DNA of 64,000 bases from Eledone cirrhosa (Eukaryota): positions 162,688,001-162,752,000 of the forward strand of contig OZ024741.1 in assembly GCA_964016885.1 (NCBI GenBank), given 5' to 3'. The stretch's first letter is position 1; each line of letters begins with the position of its first letter. Positions 41,565 through 55,589 of the stretch are shown one piece after another. A program made the position numbers and the translations under genes. The notes below the pieces were generated by a model, which was given only the letters and a program-made list of their open reading frames with translations, did not search any database and was not told the origin of the DNA.

Positions 41565-42132
41565 TTCTATTATAGGCACAAGGCCAGTAATTTGTGGGGA
41601 GGGAAAAGTCGATTAAATCGACCTCAGTACGTTAGTGGTGCTTTATTTTACCGACTCCGTAAGGATGAAAGGTTAACTTTGCCTCTCATCCGTAAGGATG
41701 AGAGGCAAAGTTAACCTCGGCAGGATTTGAACTCAGACCGTAAAGGGACGTAAAGCATGGTGTCCGATTCTCTACCGATACTACCAATCCACCACCCTAC
41801 ACATACATATATAATTGTTTCTACTTTAGGAACAAGGCCAGCAATTACCCAGTGCATGACTGGTACATTATTTTATCGACCCCGTAAGGATGAAAGGCAA
41901 AGTCAACCTCGGTGGGATTTGAATTCAGATCGTAAAGGGACGTAACTATGCTAGAAAGCATGGCGTCCAACCCTCTACCGATACTGCCAATCCACCATCA
42001 TATATAATAACTGTTTCTACTATTGGCACAAGGCCAGAAAATTACCCAGTACATTACTGGTACTTTATTTTATCGACCCCGTAAGGATGAAAGGCAAAGT
42101 TAACCTCGGCGGGATTTGAACTCAGAATGGCA
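41565..42132 (-). mobile_element. Three tandem young SINE copies
   Basis: Same consensus as 6812-7003. Confidence 0.85.
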
Positions 42133-42345
42133 ATATATATAATAACATATATCTATTGTTGTAATACACGTCATAGGCGACACAGCGTGAGTAATCGAAT
42201 ATTCTGGACCAATGTAAATAAGTGTCTATACGATTTCTTCGTACGCACAAAAAAAATGTCATTGGCTGGATCGGCCTCTTTTCTATTTGGAACAGTTCTT
42301 CTGGGTTCAAATATCCAACAGTTTTCGATATGCAGAGAAATTGTA

Positions 42346-43194
42346 CAGGGTGGTCCGAAAGTCTTGACACCCCTACCAAAAAGTAATGAGAAACAGTTAT
42401 GTTCCAATCGCAGTATCGTCCGCTTCGGAAGAGCTGGTTTGCCGAATCTTGCAGTGAAGTCATGTCGCACATACCCGATGTTCTTGCCAGAATGCACAAG
42501 ATCATGTGTCCATACACTTGCAAGCAGCCTCTCTTCCAAACTGTAGGAGCTCTGAAATAGAAAATTATATTACTATTATTATTATATATTATGGGCAGTG
42601 GATTGGCAGTATCGGTAGAGGGTCGGACGCCATGCTTTGACGCATAGAGTTACGGCCCTTGTCATTCTGAGTTCAAATCCCGCCGAGGTTAACTTTGCCT
42701 TTCATCCTTACGGGGTCGATAAAATAAAGTACCAGTAATGTACTGGGTAATTGCTGGCCTTGTGCCAATAGTAGAAACAATTATTATTATATATTATAAT
42801 TAATTGTTTCTACTTTTGGCACAAAGCATGGTGTCCGACCTCTACCGATACTGCAAAGCATGGCGTCCGACCCTCTACCGATACTGCCAATCCATCGCCA
42901 TAATTATATATTATAATTAATGATATTATATATTATATTATCAAAACAAAAAATAAGTGTTTCTACTTTTAGGCACAAGGCCAGCAATTATCCCAGTGTA
43001 TTACTGGTACTTTATTTTATCGACCCCGTAAGGATGAAAGGCAAAGTTAACCTCGGCGGGATTTGAACTCAGACCATAAAGGGCCGTAACTCTTTGCTGC
43101 AAAGCATGGCGTCCGACCCTCTACCGATACTGCCAATCCAACATGAAAGTTAAAATAATATGACAAGAGGTGACAAGACTTTCGGACCACCCTG
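42346..43194 (-). mobile_element. Internally deleted Tc1/mariner (maT/DD37D-like) transposon containing nested SINEs
   Basis: 26-bp TIRs CAGGGTGGTCCGAAAGTCTTG(A/T)CACC with TA on both flanks; HTH remnant YSLEERLLASVW..VRHDFTARFGKPALPKRTILRLE; SINEs at 42593-42785(+) and 42955-43140(-). Confidence 0.85.
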
Positions 43195-43471
43195 TACATA
43201 TAGTCACTAATATTGAGATGTCCATTGAACTGAAAAGTCCATTTTATATAAATATCGCTTTGCTGGCTATTCTGTCGATTTATTGATGTACTGAGCAGCA
43301 CATTATTGGATCATTTAGCTGCCAGCAAAGTTCTTTTTATGCTAACTGGTTTAAATGAAGTTATAAATAGTAGTGAATATATATATAATTTCTAAGCTGT
43401 CCCAAATAGAAGCAAAACTGGCAGAGCCGATTCGCATTATCTGTCCCTTCGAAGAAATTGTACACATACAT

Positions 43472-43797
43472 CTTAGGTACTCCGTCGGTTACGAAGATGA
43501 GTGTTCCAGTTGATCCGATCAACGGAACAGCTTGCTCATGAGATTAACGTGCAAGTGGCTGAGAATTCCACAGACACGCGTACAATTAACATAGGTCTCA
43601 GGGAGATTCAGCGTAAAACAGAATGTGACAAGGCTGGCCCTTCGAATTACAGTTACAACTCATTTTTGCCAGCTCAGTGAACTGGAGCAACATGAAATAA
43701 AGTGTCTTGCTCAAGAACACAACGCACCGCCGGGAATCGAACTCACAACATTACGATTGTGAGCCGAATACCCCAACCACTAAGCCACACGCCTTCA
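43472..43797 (-). mobile_element. tRNA-derived SINE (Meta-like domain, long 3' body)
   Basis: Minus: TGGCTTAGTGGTTGG, GAGTTCGATTCCC, TTGAGCAAGACACTTTATTTCATGTTGCTCCAG; relatives at 54980-55280 and ~23440-23610. Confidence 0.75.
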
Positions 43798-43839
43798 CTT
43801 ACAAACATACATACATATATACATACGTATGTGTGTATT

Positions 43840-44163
43840 ATCTCTTTCTCTTAATTTCGAGTATATTTTTTTTGACCGGCCACCTTCCTAGTGGCAAGGC
43901 CGCAAAAGAAAAGAAATTGTCATCCCTTGAATCGCAAGAATGTTTTGCAAATTTTGAAGGTGCCAGCTATCGCAGCCATTTGTAGACTATGAATTAGGGA
44001 GCTGCGCTTTTTGTCCGTAAATCCAAGTTCAGTCATACTTTGGTCCAAGCGGGTTGGTATATAACCCGTAGCTCCAATAATGATGGGTATGAAGCTAAAG
44101 GTGTATCTTGGATACTGGATTTGTAAACTCCTCATCAATGGTCCGTAAATCTCCTCCTTCTTT
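43840..44163 (-). mobile_element. Third R4/Dong-like RLE 3' fragment
   Basis: KEEIYGPLMRSLQIQYPRYTFSFIPIIIGATGYIP...GTFKICKTFL is homologous to ORF 5146..5361; 5' end abuts (TATG)n. Confidence 0.75.
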
Positions 44164-44244
44164 ATGTATGTATGTATGTATGTATGTATGTATGTATGTA
44201 TGTATGTATGTATGTATGTATGTATGTATGTATGTATGTATATG

Positions 44245-44846
44245 TCAGGTCACCAGTTGGTGCTACTGGTAACATGTATCGCAGTACAACCTGTCTCATG
44301 GCCTTTGGCGACTAAACTGGCAACCCCACCAAGGTTTCTTGGTGAGGAGGGTGACTTTGGACATCCTGCAGGACTAAAAACAAAACCTGTCAAAGGGCAA
44401 AGGAGCTCTTAAGAGTCAATGGCCATCCAAAATCACCGGGAGAGATGACCCCTTAGCCTTTGTCAAGGCAGAATTCTAGGAGAAGGAAAACTCTGATATA
44501 ACACCTGCAACTCTGATGGTATCCAATGATGTTGACTTGTTCTTCTTTTTGGTAAATATCATCTTGGTTAAGAGAGTGGAACTGGCTTTGTGCAGTGCCT
44601 TTGCTCACTATAAAAGCTTCACGGCACAGGCATTGCTTTATATCTGGAGATCTCTCTGCACTTGTCATCACAGGGTACAATGGGCCCAGCACTATGTGTC
44701 AGTAATTGTCACATGTGTAGTGTTTGTACCAGAGTTTTCAAGTCTCTGGCTGGACTAAAAAGTCACACTCGTTCAGCGCATCGGTAGGGGTTCTCTTACA
44801 TGGATATAAAGTAGTGGCCGTACTCGAAAACGAATTGGCAGCCACC
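44245..44846. mobile_element. ~0.6-kb non-coding element, copy 3 (apparently full length)
   Basis: Matches 5718-6282; flanked by (TATG)n. Confidence 0.85.
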
Positions 44847-44978
44847 ATGTATGTATATGTACATATATTACTTTTAACTGAGAAGATGTACTAGACGCCA
44901 TACACCAAAAACCCTGACACTATCAAATACTATCTTTAAGATAGCCTGTTCATGCAAGTGCATACCTACGTATATACT

Positions 44979-45016
<38 letters not shown>

Positions 45017-45215
45017 CGCACGGACGCACGCACACACCCATATATACATGTATGTGTTACATTAGTGCATTGCTTTTAACATTTCTATAGAAAACGCAGA
45101 AGTGAAGAAGAAGGATTATTGTTTATTGTGAAATAGACGAAGTTAATGAAATTTCGATGATAGAGATATGATTGTTATATTCGGTGTGGAAGGTTTGGTG
45201 CTTACATTCATTAAA

Positions 45216-45412
45216 AATAATTGGTTCTACTTTTGGCACAAGGCCAGTAATAACCCAGTATATTACTGGTACTTTATTTTGTCGACCCCGTAAGGATGAA
45301 AGGCAAAGTTAACCTCGGCGGGATTTGAACTCAGAATGGCAAGGGCCGTAACTCTCTCTATGCATCAAAGCATGGCGTCCAACCCTCTACCGATACTGCC
45401 AATTCACCGCCC
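45216..45412 (-). mobile_element. Young SINE with target-site duplication
   Basis: CATTCATTAAAAATAAT is duplicated on both sides (~45205-45221 and ~45414-45430). Confidence 0.88.
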
Positions 45413-47879
45413 CCATTCATTAAAAATAATGAAGTGCGTTTGATTAGGTTAGACATGGAACGAAATCATTCAATAAAGATGCGATAATTTACTTTATGAG
45501 TAGCGACTGTAAGATTAAATGAAGGGAATATATAAATGAATTCTAACAATTACTGTAATTCAATATTGAATTAGTTAAAACTTCCCTTTCTATTAATTTG
45601 TTAATGTTTCATTAATATGTTGAACGATCGCTACCGTGCGCTTACTTTCATATATTCGCTGCATATTTCATGAAATACTTGTCAGGTTTACGATTAGCAA
45701 AGAACTTTGTAGGTGGTGAATATGATACAAATGTATTATGTAATTATTTTAGACTCTAAACTCACCGACATACATACATCATTGATAACATTGCTTCTGG
45801 TCGTATAATAGACTGTCACTTACCTCTTCAAAACTTTTCTCTCTTTCGTTTAAAGGTGTGAAATATCTTACCATATCCAGAATTTTTATTTTAGTTTTGT
45901 GCTACGACTGATGCTCGCTACAATTTCACGTGAAATATGTGTGATAAAAGACTTATTTTAAGATATGATATTATTTATATCCTATTTCCACATACAAAAA
46001 TGTTGGTGAGCGCTGCAGAGCTTAGAATTATTCAATGGTGAATCAAGTCTGCGATCTAGTTTCGATTTTCAGTCGAAAACTATTCAGTTACGCAGCTGAT
46101 ATTCTTGAAAAAAGCCTAAAATGTATTGTACATATTTAGTAGTCCATAGGAAGCATATATATTATAAAATTTGATTATATATTTGCCAACGAAACACCAT
46201 GTTTCTAGATAGGCTTCAATCTAGTAGAACATGAGTTATAACAAGCCAAAATAGGAACCAATACATGAACGTCCCTCAGCAAAACACCCTTATTTCACAC
46301 ACCATCATATTACTAAAGGAACAACTCATTAATATAATATGCCCGAGGGCAGACGAACTTTCAAGGGTACAGTACATATGTGTAGAGCACTGACATATAT
46401 CGTTTTATGGCAATGACATTGGGTTTTAAATACGGTGCATAGTATATATATATATATATACACTATGCACCGTATTGAAAACCCAATATATATATATATA
46501 TATATATATACACTATGCACCGTATTGAAAACCCAATATATATATATATATATATAAATTTGAACTAAGAACACACAGAGCCGGACTAGATATCGCAAAT
46601 CATCCTATCAAACACTTTAACAATTTTATCAATCCACTGACCTTGGACTGGTACTTTATTTATCGAATGCAAAGTTGACTTCGGTAGGATTTGAATTCAC
46701 AATGTAGAGGCCCAGAACAAATTGTTCTAAATAAATTAGAATAATATATGTTAAGACCTATATTTATATATTCGGTCTTATGCCTTCGTGATGAATTTAT
46801 TCCTGTTAAAATCACAGAAAGAGGAATCACAGAGGAATCACAGAGGAATCACAGTCGAAAGACTCTCACCACAACTCTTGCCAGAAATGTTATCAAAATT
46901 GTCAGAACACTATTTTCAACCTATAGTAAAGTGTATGTGTGTATGTTTGTAGAGGAGACTAACATATTTAACACATTTAATTAATTAAAATTACCCCTAT
47001 AGGGGAAAGAAAAATAATTAGCTTTAATGAATAATTATTGCTTAGAAAGGCAAAAACGACAACACCGTAATCTAGAGTAATAAAAAATTGAAAGAATCAT
47101 CAATCAAATTTATTACACTACTTCAACCATTAGGAGAGGCAATCTAAAAACTGAGAATTGTTGTTCTGGATGAAAGGTGATACAGCCGTGGCCACCTCAC
47201 ATTCCTTTCAGGAATGTTGTATCTAGGCTTTCATTATTCAATGTATTTCTTTTTATACGGCAGGTTGTAATTTTAGATTCAATTGAGATTTCTAGTAAAT
47301 CTTTAAACCACGAACAGACTCCTTCATTGGCTCAAAAACTGAAACTGATCTTTAATGATAATTACAAATCTATATAACAGTAAAAATTCGTTGCAGTAAA
47401 TAAACAACAACAAAAAAAAAAACAAAAACAAAAAACCCTGAGATATATTTTTCATTCGACCAAAGCTACAGAAACCGAATATACTCCCCTAACCAATCCC
47501 ACGTATTGAAAGGTAATAATAAACTACATCTCTAATTGTGGATGATAATTATATAAATCATTAATTTTTTTATTTGCATTTTGGTGAGAAAAACCAATAC
47601 ATTAATAAATCAGCAATTGTATTAACAGTTGTAAGATACGATTGAAATTGATATTTATGCCAATATTGATTAATATCGTCGAATAATTAAGAATGAACAT
47701 GTTCATTAGCCTAACAGCAGAAATATATTTTAGCTAATTATCAGTTAGTGAAAAGAGAAACAAATATATACACCAATAGGAAGAATATTAATTAAACTGA
47801 TCAAGAAATTATGTTATAACTTTCAAAAGTTCTCTATAGCGAGGCACGTTACGTACTTAGGCTTAGATCCTCCTGCGCT

Positions 47880-48170
47880 GTGTAAGCGCATGGGGTGACA
47901 AGTTTTTCTTCAATGCATTCGATCCACTACTGCTTTTTCACTTCTAAGTGATGTTGCCGTCTTTCATATCGTCTTGAATGTTTTCCGCTAGGTGTTGTTC
48001 GGTCTGCTCCTTTTCTGCTTGTACCGCCGTTATTGAGTACCAGTGATCTTATCGGGTTGACGGAGAATGTGGATATCCAGGCGGAGCCGGCGCTCAGTAA
48101 TCATTTATTGTAGCGGTCGTGACTTTACTCTCCTCGGGATCTCTTCATTTGTCACTCTGTCTCGGGCTGA
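47880..48170 (-). mobile_element. Old RTE-like LINE C-terminal remnant
   Basis: Minus translation VTNEEIPRRV..ERRLRL; heavily degraded. Confidence 0.4.
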
Positions 48171-48476
48171 TAATAGAATGATCTAAATATGAAAGCTGAT
48201 AGTAGAGATAACTACATATGGAGGCTGATACTTCACTTTCAGACAATATCTTTTCTTTAAAATCATTTAACAGGGCACAACAATAGGGTAACGTTTTCCG
48301 CAATCAGTCGGCTGGTAACACGAGGTGGCTTGGGTCTGGGGTTCTGCACGCCAGAAAGCATTCTCTTACGCGGCCCGGACTTGCACCATTGCGGTAGCGA
48401 TGGTATAGGTTACTGATTGCTGTTAGTCGCAGTGAATAATATAAAAGGCAATTAATTTTAAAGTGTTTATATTTAA

Positions 48477-49235
48477 CTAGCTGAGGTACCTGGCTTCGCC
48501 CGGGAGAACAGTTAAGAGAAGACGGAGAAAACGACTGTATTGGATGTGTTGTCTGGTATGAGGTAAGACCATAATGTGTGAGTGTGTGTGAGAGAGACAT
48601 AAAAAAATAAAATAAAACTTCCTTATTAGGCTGAGGGAGTAAACTGCCAATTAAATGGTAGCATTGGCCTTGGATTTTATATGTGAAATAACCATAGTCA
48701 GTATGATATTTTTCAGCTCCAAAAGACGTCATCTGAAACACAGCAATATACCTCACAACATTGCTTCTGAAGTGTTACTTCTTTAGTATGGTCTGTAAGT
48801 AGTATATGGATAAAAGCTGGTGGGTAGATTAATTTCAAATAGTATCAATTTTCTTTGTTCTGTAAAATCAAAGACTGTAAAACGACTTTATAAAAGCTAA
48901 TGCAATATTGTTAAACCTTCCTAGAGATCAAAGGATCTGTAGTTTAAGCCTTTTCTAGACTTTCGTTGGACGTTACTCTCTCTCTCTGTATAACGGCCTA
49001 TCTCTCTCTTTCTGCCTCTCCCCCTGTGTCTCTTTCTTTTTAGATGTGTATGTGGGTGTGTATGATTTTCGCGCGCGCGTGTGTGTATGTGTGTGTGGTT
49101 TTCGTGTGATTCAACCAACCAACCAACCAACCAACCAACCAACCAACCAACCAACCAACCAACCGACCGACCGACCGACCGACCGACCGACCGACCGACC
49201 GACCGACCGACCGACCGACCGACCGACCGACCGAC

Positions 49236-49273
<38 letters not shown>

Positions 49274-49300
49274 ATAAACATCTTTCATTTATATTATATA
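48477..49300 (-). mobile_element. Helitron derivative with RepHel fragment
   Basis: FQMTSFGA..TYKIQGQCYHLIGSLLP is typical of Helitron RepHel; 3' end CCCGGGCGAAGCCAGG..CTAG|T; tetranucleotide microsatellite near the presumed 5' end. Confidence 0.8.
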
Positions 49301-49645
49301 TATATTATATAAACTGATGATGTGTTCAAAGTTTGTATCCCTGGATGTGAGAAGAACTTGAACATTTTCCCTTACCCTTATAATTATATTTTATTCTAGC
49401 TTACTTCATAGATAGCATTATATTTTATTCTAGCTTACTTCATAGATAGCAGACACTTTAAACGTTATATTTAAATAACGCAACATTTCATACTCATCAT
49501 TATTTCTCACTCATTTCATTTCCCTTAGTTGTAAAGATCATTTAGAGAAACTAATAATTGTAAAACAAAAATACTTAGAACTTGAATTATAATCGATTTC
49601 TCCCTTTTTCTAGATTTCATCTTCATTCGCTTAATCATATATATA

Positions 49646-50126
49646 TCTATATATATAAAGTTGTAGTTCCTGTCTATTTGTTTGTTTGTTTGTTCACGAA
49701 CTCTTCCTATGGTTTTACCATATATATTCTGAAACTACATTGCCCAGGGAACTTGGATAAGTAGATTTCATTTTAATCAAAGAGTTCCTCGGGGGCACAA
49801 ACGGCCACTGATATCCCCCGGTGAAAAATGTTTTCCTTCGATTTATATGAAATTTAAACCATAGGCAAATGACAAGATATGATGCCTATTCACAAAAGGT
49901 TTGAATTGATATTTTGAAAAAAATTATTTACAAGAAACAAAATAAGAATAAGATTTAATAATATAATTTTCATTTGATATATTACAAACAAATAATGTTT
50001 TCCAATTTTTCATGCATTACATTTTATATTGAGTAATATTGAAATGCAGAGTTTTTCTCCATAAATTATATCACTGATTTAAAATCAAATGTGTGAAACG
50101 CAGCAAGGCGCAGGTAATTCGGCTAG
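49646..50126 (+). mobile_element. Non-autonomous Helitron-like element
   Basis: A|TCTATATATATAAAG..(TTTG)n start and a GC-rich subterminal motif followed by CTAG|T at the end. Confidence 0.6.
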
Positions 50127-50796
50127 TGTTAAATAAACCTTTTTTTTAAATAATTAATAAGCTTCATTAAATGTATGTTACTATATTTAACTTTTCTACA
50201 ATTCGCTATCATCCACTTTGAATTGAAATGATGATTCAACATTATTACCTTGAATTATTTTACAATTTTGATAACTTTCTTTATATTTTCCACTTAAACA
50301 CATAACTTAGATTAAGATTTATGATACATTTATTTTGTTTTTAGTTTCCTTTATTTCCCATTGCTATATAATATAATAGGTGTCGAATTGACAGAGTCGT
50401 TAGAACGTCGGGTAGAATGCTTTATGCTATTCACTCCGGCTCTCTCTTTGCCTTTCATCCTTTCGAGGTCGATAAAAAAAGTATTAGTCTAGTACTGGGG
50501 TTGATTCTTCCTCTATATCTCTTTCTCATTTCCTCTCTCTCACTTTCTCTCTTAGTCTGGAAGAAATCTGCTGTATTCAGGCCTGGAGAGGGATGGGCTC
50601 CGCCAGGCTCAAAAATACCCCCAAAACGCCGTATGTCAATACGGCGCCCCTACGACTCTATCAGAAGTTACGGGACCATACCATACCATATAATATAATA
50701 TTTCTTTAGAGTTTCTATCTGAAAACACATTGTGACAACTAGACTCCTATTAAGAGATATACATATTTTATTTTCCTTTATACATACATATACACA

Positions 50797-52988
50797 CAGG
50801 GCCAACGCCAGACTATCTGGTGCCCTAGGCAAGGTTATATTTTCCGCCCCCGGAAAATATCAATTTCAAAATTTATAAACAATAAACTTAAAAAACCTTT
50901 TTCCAACATTTGAGCACAGACCAAGGAAAATAAAAAAAAATTACTCCTCTGAGAGAGTGTGCTGTATATTAGATATATAGAGAGGGATGGTTTGGTGTTA
51001 ATTGATATAGTGAGGGGGATTGGAAGAAAGTTCCGTGTATTATATATAGAGAGGGGGAGAGTTTGGTGTTAATTGATATAGAGAGGGGGATTGGAAGAGA
51101 GTTCCGTATAGTTGGTATAGAGAAGGGGAGAATTGGTTGGTTGTAGATATTCAGGGAGGGATAATGGACGAGTGCTGTGTAGTAGATATAGAGAGGATGA
51201 GAGTTTAGGGGGGATTGATATACCGAGGGGGATTGGAAGAGATAAGTGTAGATATTTATTGAGAGTGAGAGAATGTAATACTCTTAAATATAGAGAGTGG
51301 GATAAGAAAGGCGGTGTCGTGTTAGATTTCGAGAGTGGTAGAGATTGGTTTTAGTAGATACAGAGTGGGGGATTAAAAGAGAGTTTTGTGTGATAGACAT
51401 TGAGTGGAGGAGAGTTTGCTGGCACTCTCTAGTCCTAAATAATAGGAGGGTGGCAATTATGGGGGGAGGGGGTCTCCGGAAATCAGTAATTGTATAGTGT
51501 ACGTTCTTAAATATGGGATTTCTTGTAATGTTCTTCTTTTGTCATATGTAATGTTTTTTTAAATGTAAAATAAAATCATTATTAGATTCTCCAGCTGCTG
51601 TATCGATATGAATCACTTACAATAAAATTTCGCCGGAGATAGATTAGCAAAATTTAACCAGCGATTATTCAAGACCTGAGAGTAGGTGAATTATTGACGG
51701 ACGTAAGAATGAAAACTCCATACCGAAGTAGAGTTTAAATATTCATTTATTATGGCTAAGTCTGGTTACTCTGGAGTCTCACCTGCGTACTCACCAGACA
51801 AGACTGGTGATCCTATGTGTGCGCAGGTGAAACTTAATAGCTCTAATAAATGAATGTATATATATATATATATATATATGAGATTAATGAATTGGGTATA
51901 ATACCAGTTTCTTACCAAATACGTAGAAGCGCGATATATTAACCCTTTAGGAAAGGGCACAGAGCATAATTGCTTTTTAATTATATATATACAGTGGCGG
52001 TGGAACTGGGAGGGAGACATGCCCCCTCCAATAATTATATTTTCTCCCCAAACTACCAAAACACACATCTATTTGTATATGCACTACAATTTATGTACAT
52101 GTTATGTTTATCGCACATCGAAGTTTTCTGACCATTTTAGGAGCCAAACTAATCACTACAACTAAATATTCCAAATTTGCACCCCCTCCCAATTCAGAAT
52201 GGCTTTCACTACCCCTGCTAATACACTTGAAACCAAATTTGCAAATTCGGCTGAGGGATAAATGCAGACAGAAAGACAATTCAGAATCTCATTTTGTGTG
52301 CCTTTTTCTCAGCAAAGTTTTTAACCAATTCAGCTCAACCAAGTGATGAAGCCTGAGCACGTTCAATTGATATAGTTGCGCCAACTAGTTTCTCTTACAT
52401 TATTGTAGGATGAATACGCTTGAGCATTGAGAAACTACTCTTACTATTTGAAACTGATACTGGAAGTTGAGAAGGATCCTCAATACAATAGCAACATTAG
52501 GGAAATTATCCAAAATTTTTGTTTAAAAAAAAAACAAAAAAAACACGAGGCTTATAAAACACGTGGGCGTAATTGCGCCCTGAAAGTTTCTTATACGCGG
52601 GATTTTCACTAATTCATTTTGTTTGTTCTGGTCAGACTGAATCTCTCCCATTATTTGTATCGGTAGAGGGTCGGACGCCATGCTTTCCAGCATAGTTACG
52701 TCCCTTTACGATCTGAGTTCAAATCCCGCCGAGGTTGACTTTGCCTTTCATCCTTACGGGGTCGATAAAATAAAGTACCAGTAATGCACTGGGTAATTGC
52801 TGGCCTTGTGCCTAACGTAGAAACAATTATTTGTCCCTGTATGAAATAAACCAGGATATAAAAAGATCCTCAATAAAATTGAAATCTATTTATTTATTTT
52901 CCAAAATTGTTGTTGATTTGGAGAAACGCGCCCCGTGAAATCAGTGCCCTAGGCGGCCTAGTTTGCCTGGTTGGTAGCACCGGCGCTG
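50797..52988. mobile_element. Possible hAT-like non-autonomous element with nested insertions
   Basis: Imperfect termini CAGGGCCAACGCCA / TAGCACCGGCGCTG; GTGCCCTAGGC subterminal motif at both ends; TSD unclear. Confidence 0.4.
52657..52830 (+). mobile_element. Young SINE
   Basis: Nearly identical to 59286-59478. Confidence 0.85.
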
Positions 52989-53131
52989 GATATACATACA
53001 TATGAATAAACATTCTTGTCTCTGATTGAAACGAAGCCAAGAGTGTATTACTGCAGTTTGGCAGATTCATTGAGTGAGCTAGACGTTGACTTAATACCAG
53101 CGATCTTGGTTACTTTTATAATATATATATA

Positions 53132-53228
<97 letters not shown>

Positions 53229-53874
53229 TGGTAGCTTAGTAAAATCGAAGCTTTGGCTGTGGGCAAGCAAAGTCGACCTACAATATGAATGAGTTAGCAA
53301 AGCACTCAATAAGGGTATGTCCTTAGAGTAATAACATACGTTTAAATAGCTTGATAAATTGAACATTGCGGTAGGCAAAACCCAACCACACAATACCAAA
53401 GTAACGAAAGAACTCACAGGTTTCTATGAATCCGAAATAATTTATCCAACTTACGTAACACGCACGCTCGTGGTATTCCATGATCGAACAGAGGATTCAT
53501 TTCATCAACAGGGATTCCGTTCTGCCTCAAACCGGTGTGAACAAACAAAATGCGGCCGCTAAGAAGGCAGCCGTACAAACACTTCGTTGTCACGTGTTAT
53601 TTCCAACAAGGGAAGCAACCTCGGTTTTTGGTGGGTAAATTCAAAGTGTTAACAAGGGAAATATTATAATTTCCGCTCATATATATGTGAGAAAACCCAC
53701 AAACCCGCCATCTCAATTCTACTTTTGAAAAGCACAAGAACTGCGAAACCGGTAAAGGAACCAAATAAATATTCTTAAAAAGACTCCATTTGCATTTTCG
53801 ATTGCATCTTTTTTCCTTATACTTTCACTCGTGTAGGACATCTCGTTTTATTTCATTTTGTAAGAAAGACCCTC

Positions 53875-53942
<68 letters not shown>

Positions 53943-54188
53943 CAAGGACGATTTGTTATGCCTTCATTACGTTTATTGATTAGTGACGCGCGTTTCGCTA
54001 TTGATCAGATTATGGTTCGATCTGTATCGATCTGGTCCGACTCTGGAATCAAAAGCTCGTGGGACCCCTGCTGTTGTAATGACAGAATGAACCACTGTGT
54101 TTACGTCTAGAGCTCGCTACAGACGTGAACCTAAACATCGATTGCTCACCTGGGTGAACCTACAGTAACTTCACGTTACACTCCCTGG

Positions 54189-54270
<82 letters not shown>

Positions 54271-54469
54271 TGTATATATTGCATTCTCCCATTAACCTTA
54301 TTTTCTAAAGAATATTTTTATTTCAAGATCAATAGACTATGCTTTTCATTATATATAATATATATATATATATTGATATATCCCAATATATATCTAAGAT
54401 ACTATTCGTCTGAATACCATCTCTTAATTCATTGTATATCTATTGTATATCTATATCCTTTTATCCAGA

Positions 54470-54513
<44 letters not shown>

Positions 54514-54979
54514 ATATATGTGTGTGTGTGTGGGGGGGGGGGAGTATTCATAATTTGTCTTAAACACAATTTATTAGCTGCTTTTCAGACCAATATGCCA
54601 ATATCCTGAAAGGTCTCTCTCTCCCTCCCTCCCTCTTTATCTCTCTCTCTCCCCCTCTCTCCCCCCTCTCTCTCTCTCTCTCTTTATATATTTATCGATA
54701 AATAGATTTCTTGTAAATACAGCGTTTAGCTATATATGTAATTTTTCTCTAGATTAGACAGTTTGAAGTTCGTCCGAACTTTACTTCAATATTTATATCC
54801 ATAAGAAAAATAAACTTATTTATAATTTGTTTATAGAAGTCCATATTACATATTGTATTTAATAACAACTGGTGTGGTACACACGTATTTTATTGATTGG
54901 AAGCCATCATGTTTTAAGACAGTATGTATATTTATACACACACGCACACACACACACACACACACATATATATACACGA

Positions 54980-55297
54980 AGGTGCGAGTCTTTGTGGTTA
55001 GAGCTCACAATTGTGAGGTAGTGTGTTCAATTTAAAGTAGAGTGTTGTATCCTTGGTTCACGTTGCTCCAGTCGCACTCAACTGGTATCAATGAGTTGCA
55101 TCTGTAATTCAACTGAGCCAGCCTTGTCACGTCTTGAGTCACGCTGGATTTCCTTTAGAACTATGTAAAGAGTGTGCGTGTTTGGGAAATGCTCAAACTC
55201 TTGCACATAAATTTATCGAGCAGATTGTAACGTTGTTCGAATCAACTAGGACATTTGTCGTCGGAACCGACGGAGGTCCGACATACACACACGTGTA

Positions 55298-55335
<38 letters not shown>

Positions 55336-55562
55336 TGTGCGTGTGGAAGCTCCGTCGGCTCCGACTACCCGTGTGCCAGTTGAATGACCAAAGGTACTGA
55401 CAACCTGACAATGCATGACAAGAGTAGCCATTTTCATTATAGGTACAAGTCATCTTTTCTAGCTGAATAGATATGAGCAACGTGAAATAAAGTGTCTTGC
55501 CCAAGCCGAGAATCGAACTCACAGCTTTGCAAATATCATAACCAATAAACTACGTAGCTTCA
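54980..55562. mobile_element. Two diverged SINEs in opposite orientation around a (GT)n tract
   Basis: 54980-55280 (+) resembles 43472-43797; 55340-55562 (-) has the same head and central domain. Confidence 0.6.
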
Positions 55563-55589
55563 CGCACACACAAGCACCCCCCATATATA

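Noticed and set aside
37195-45870. Minus-strand donor sites (~37200, ~38775, ~45824) and a TATA/Inr-like pair near 37225-37262
   Set aside because: Weak acceptors, non-canonical TATA spacing and no recognisable product; expected by chance in 64 kb.
51765-51845. Long hairpin TCACCTGCG..CGCAGGTGA ending in GAAAC next to (TA)n
   Set aside because: The upstream CTGGAGT does not fit the HHR core; function unsupported.
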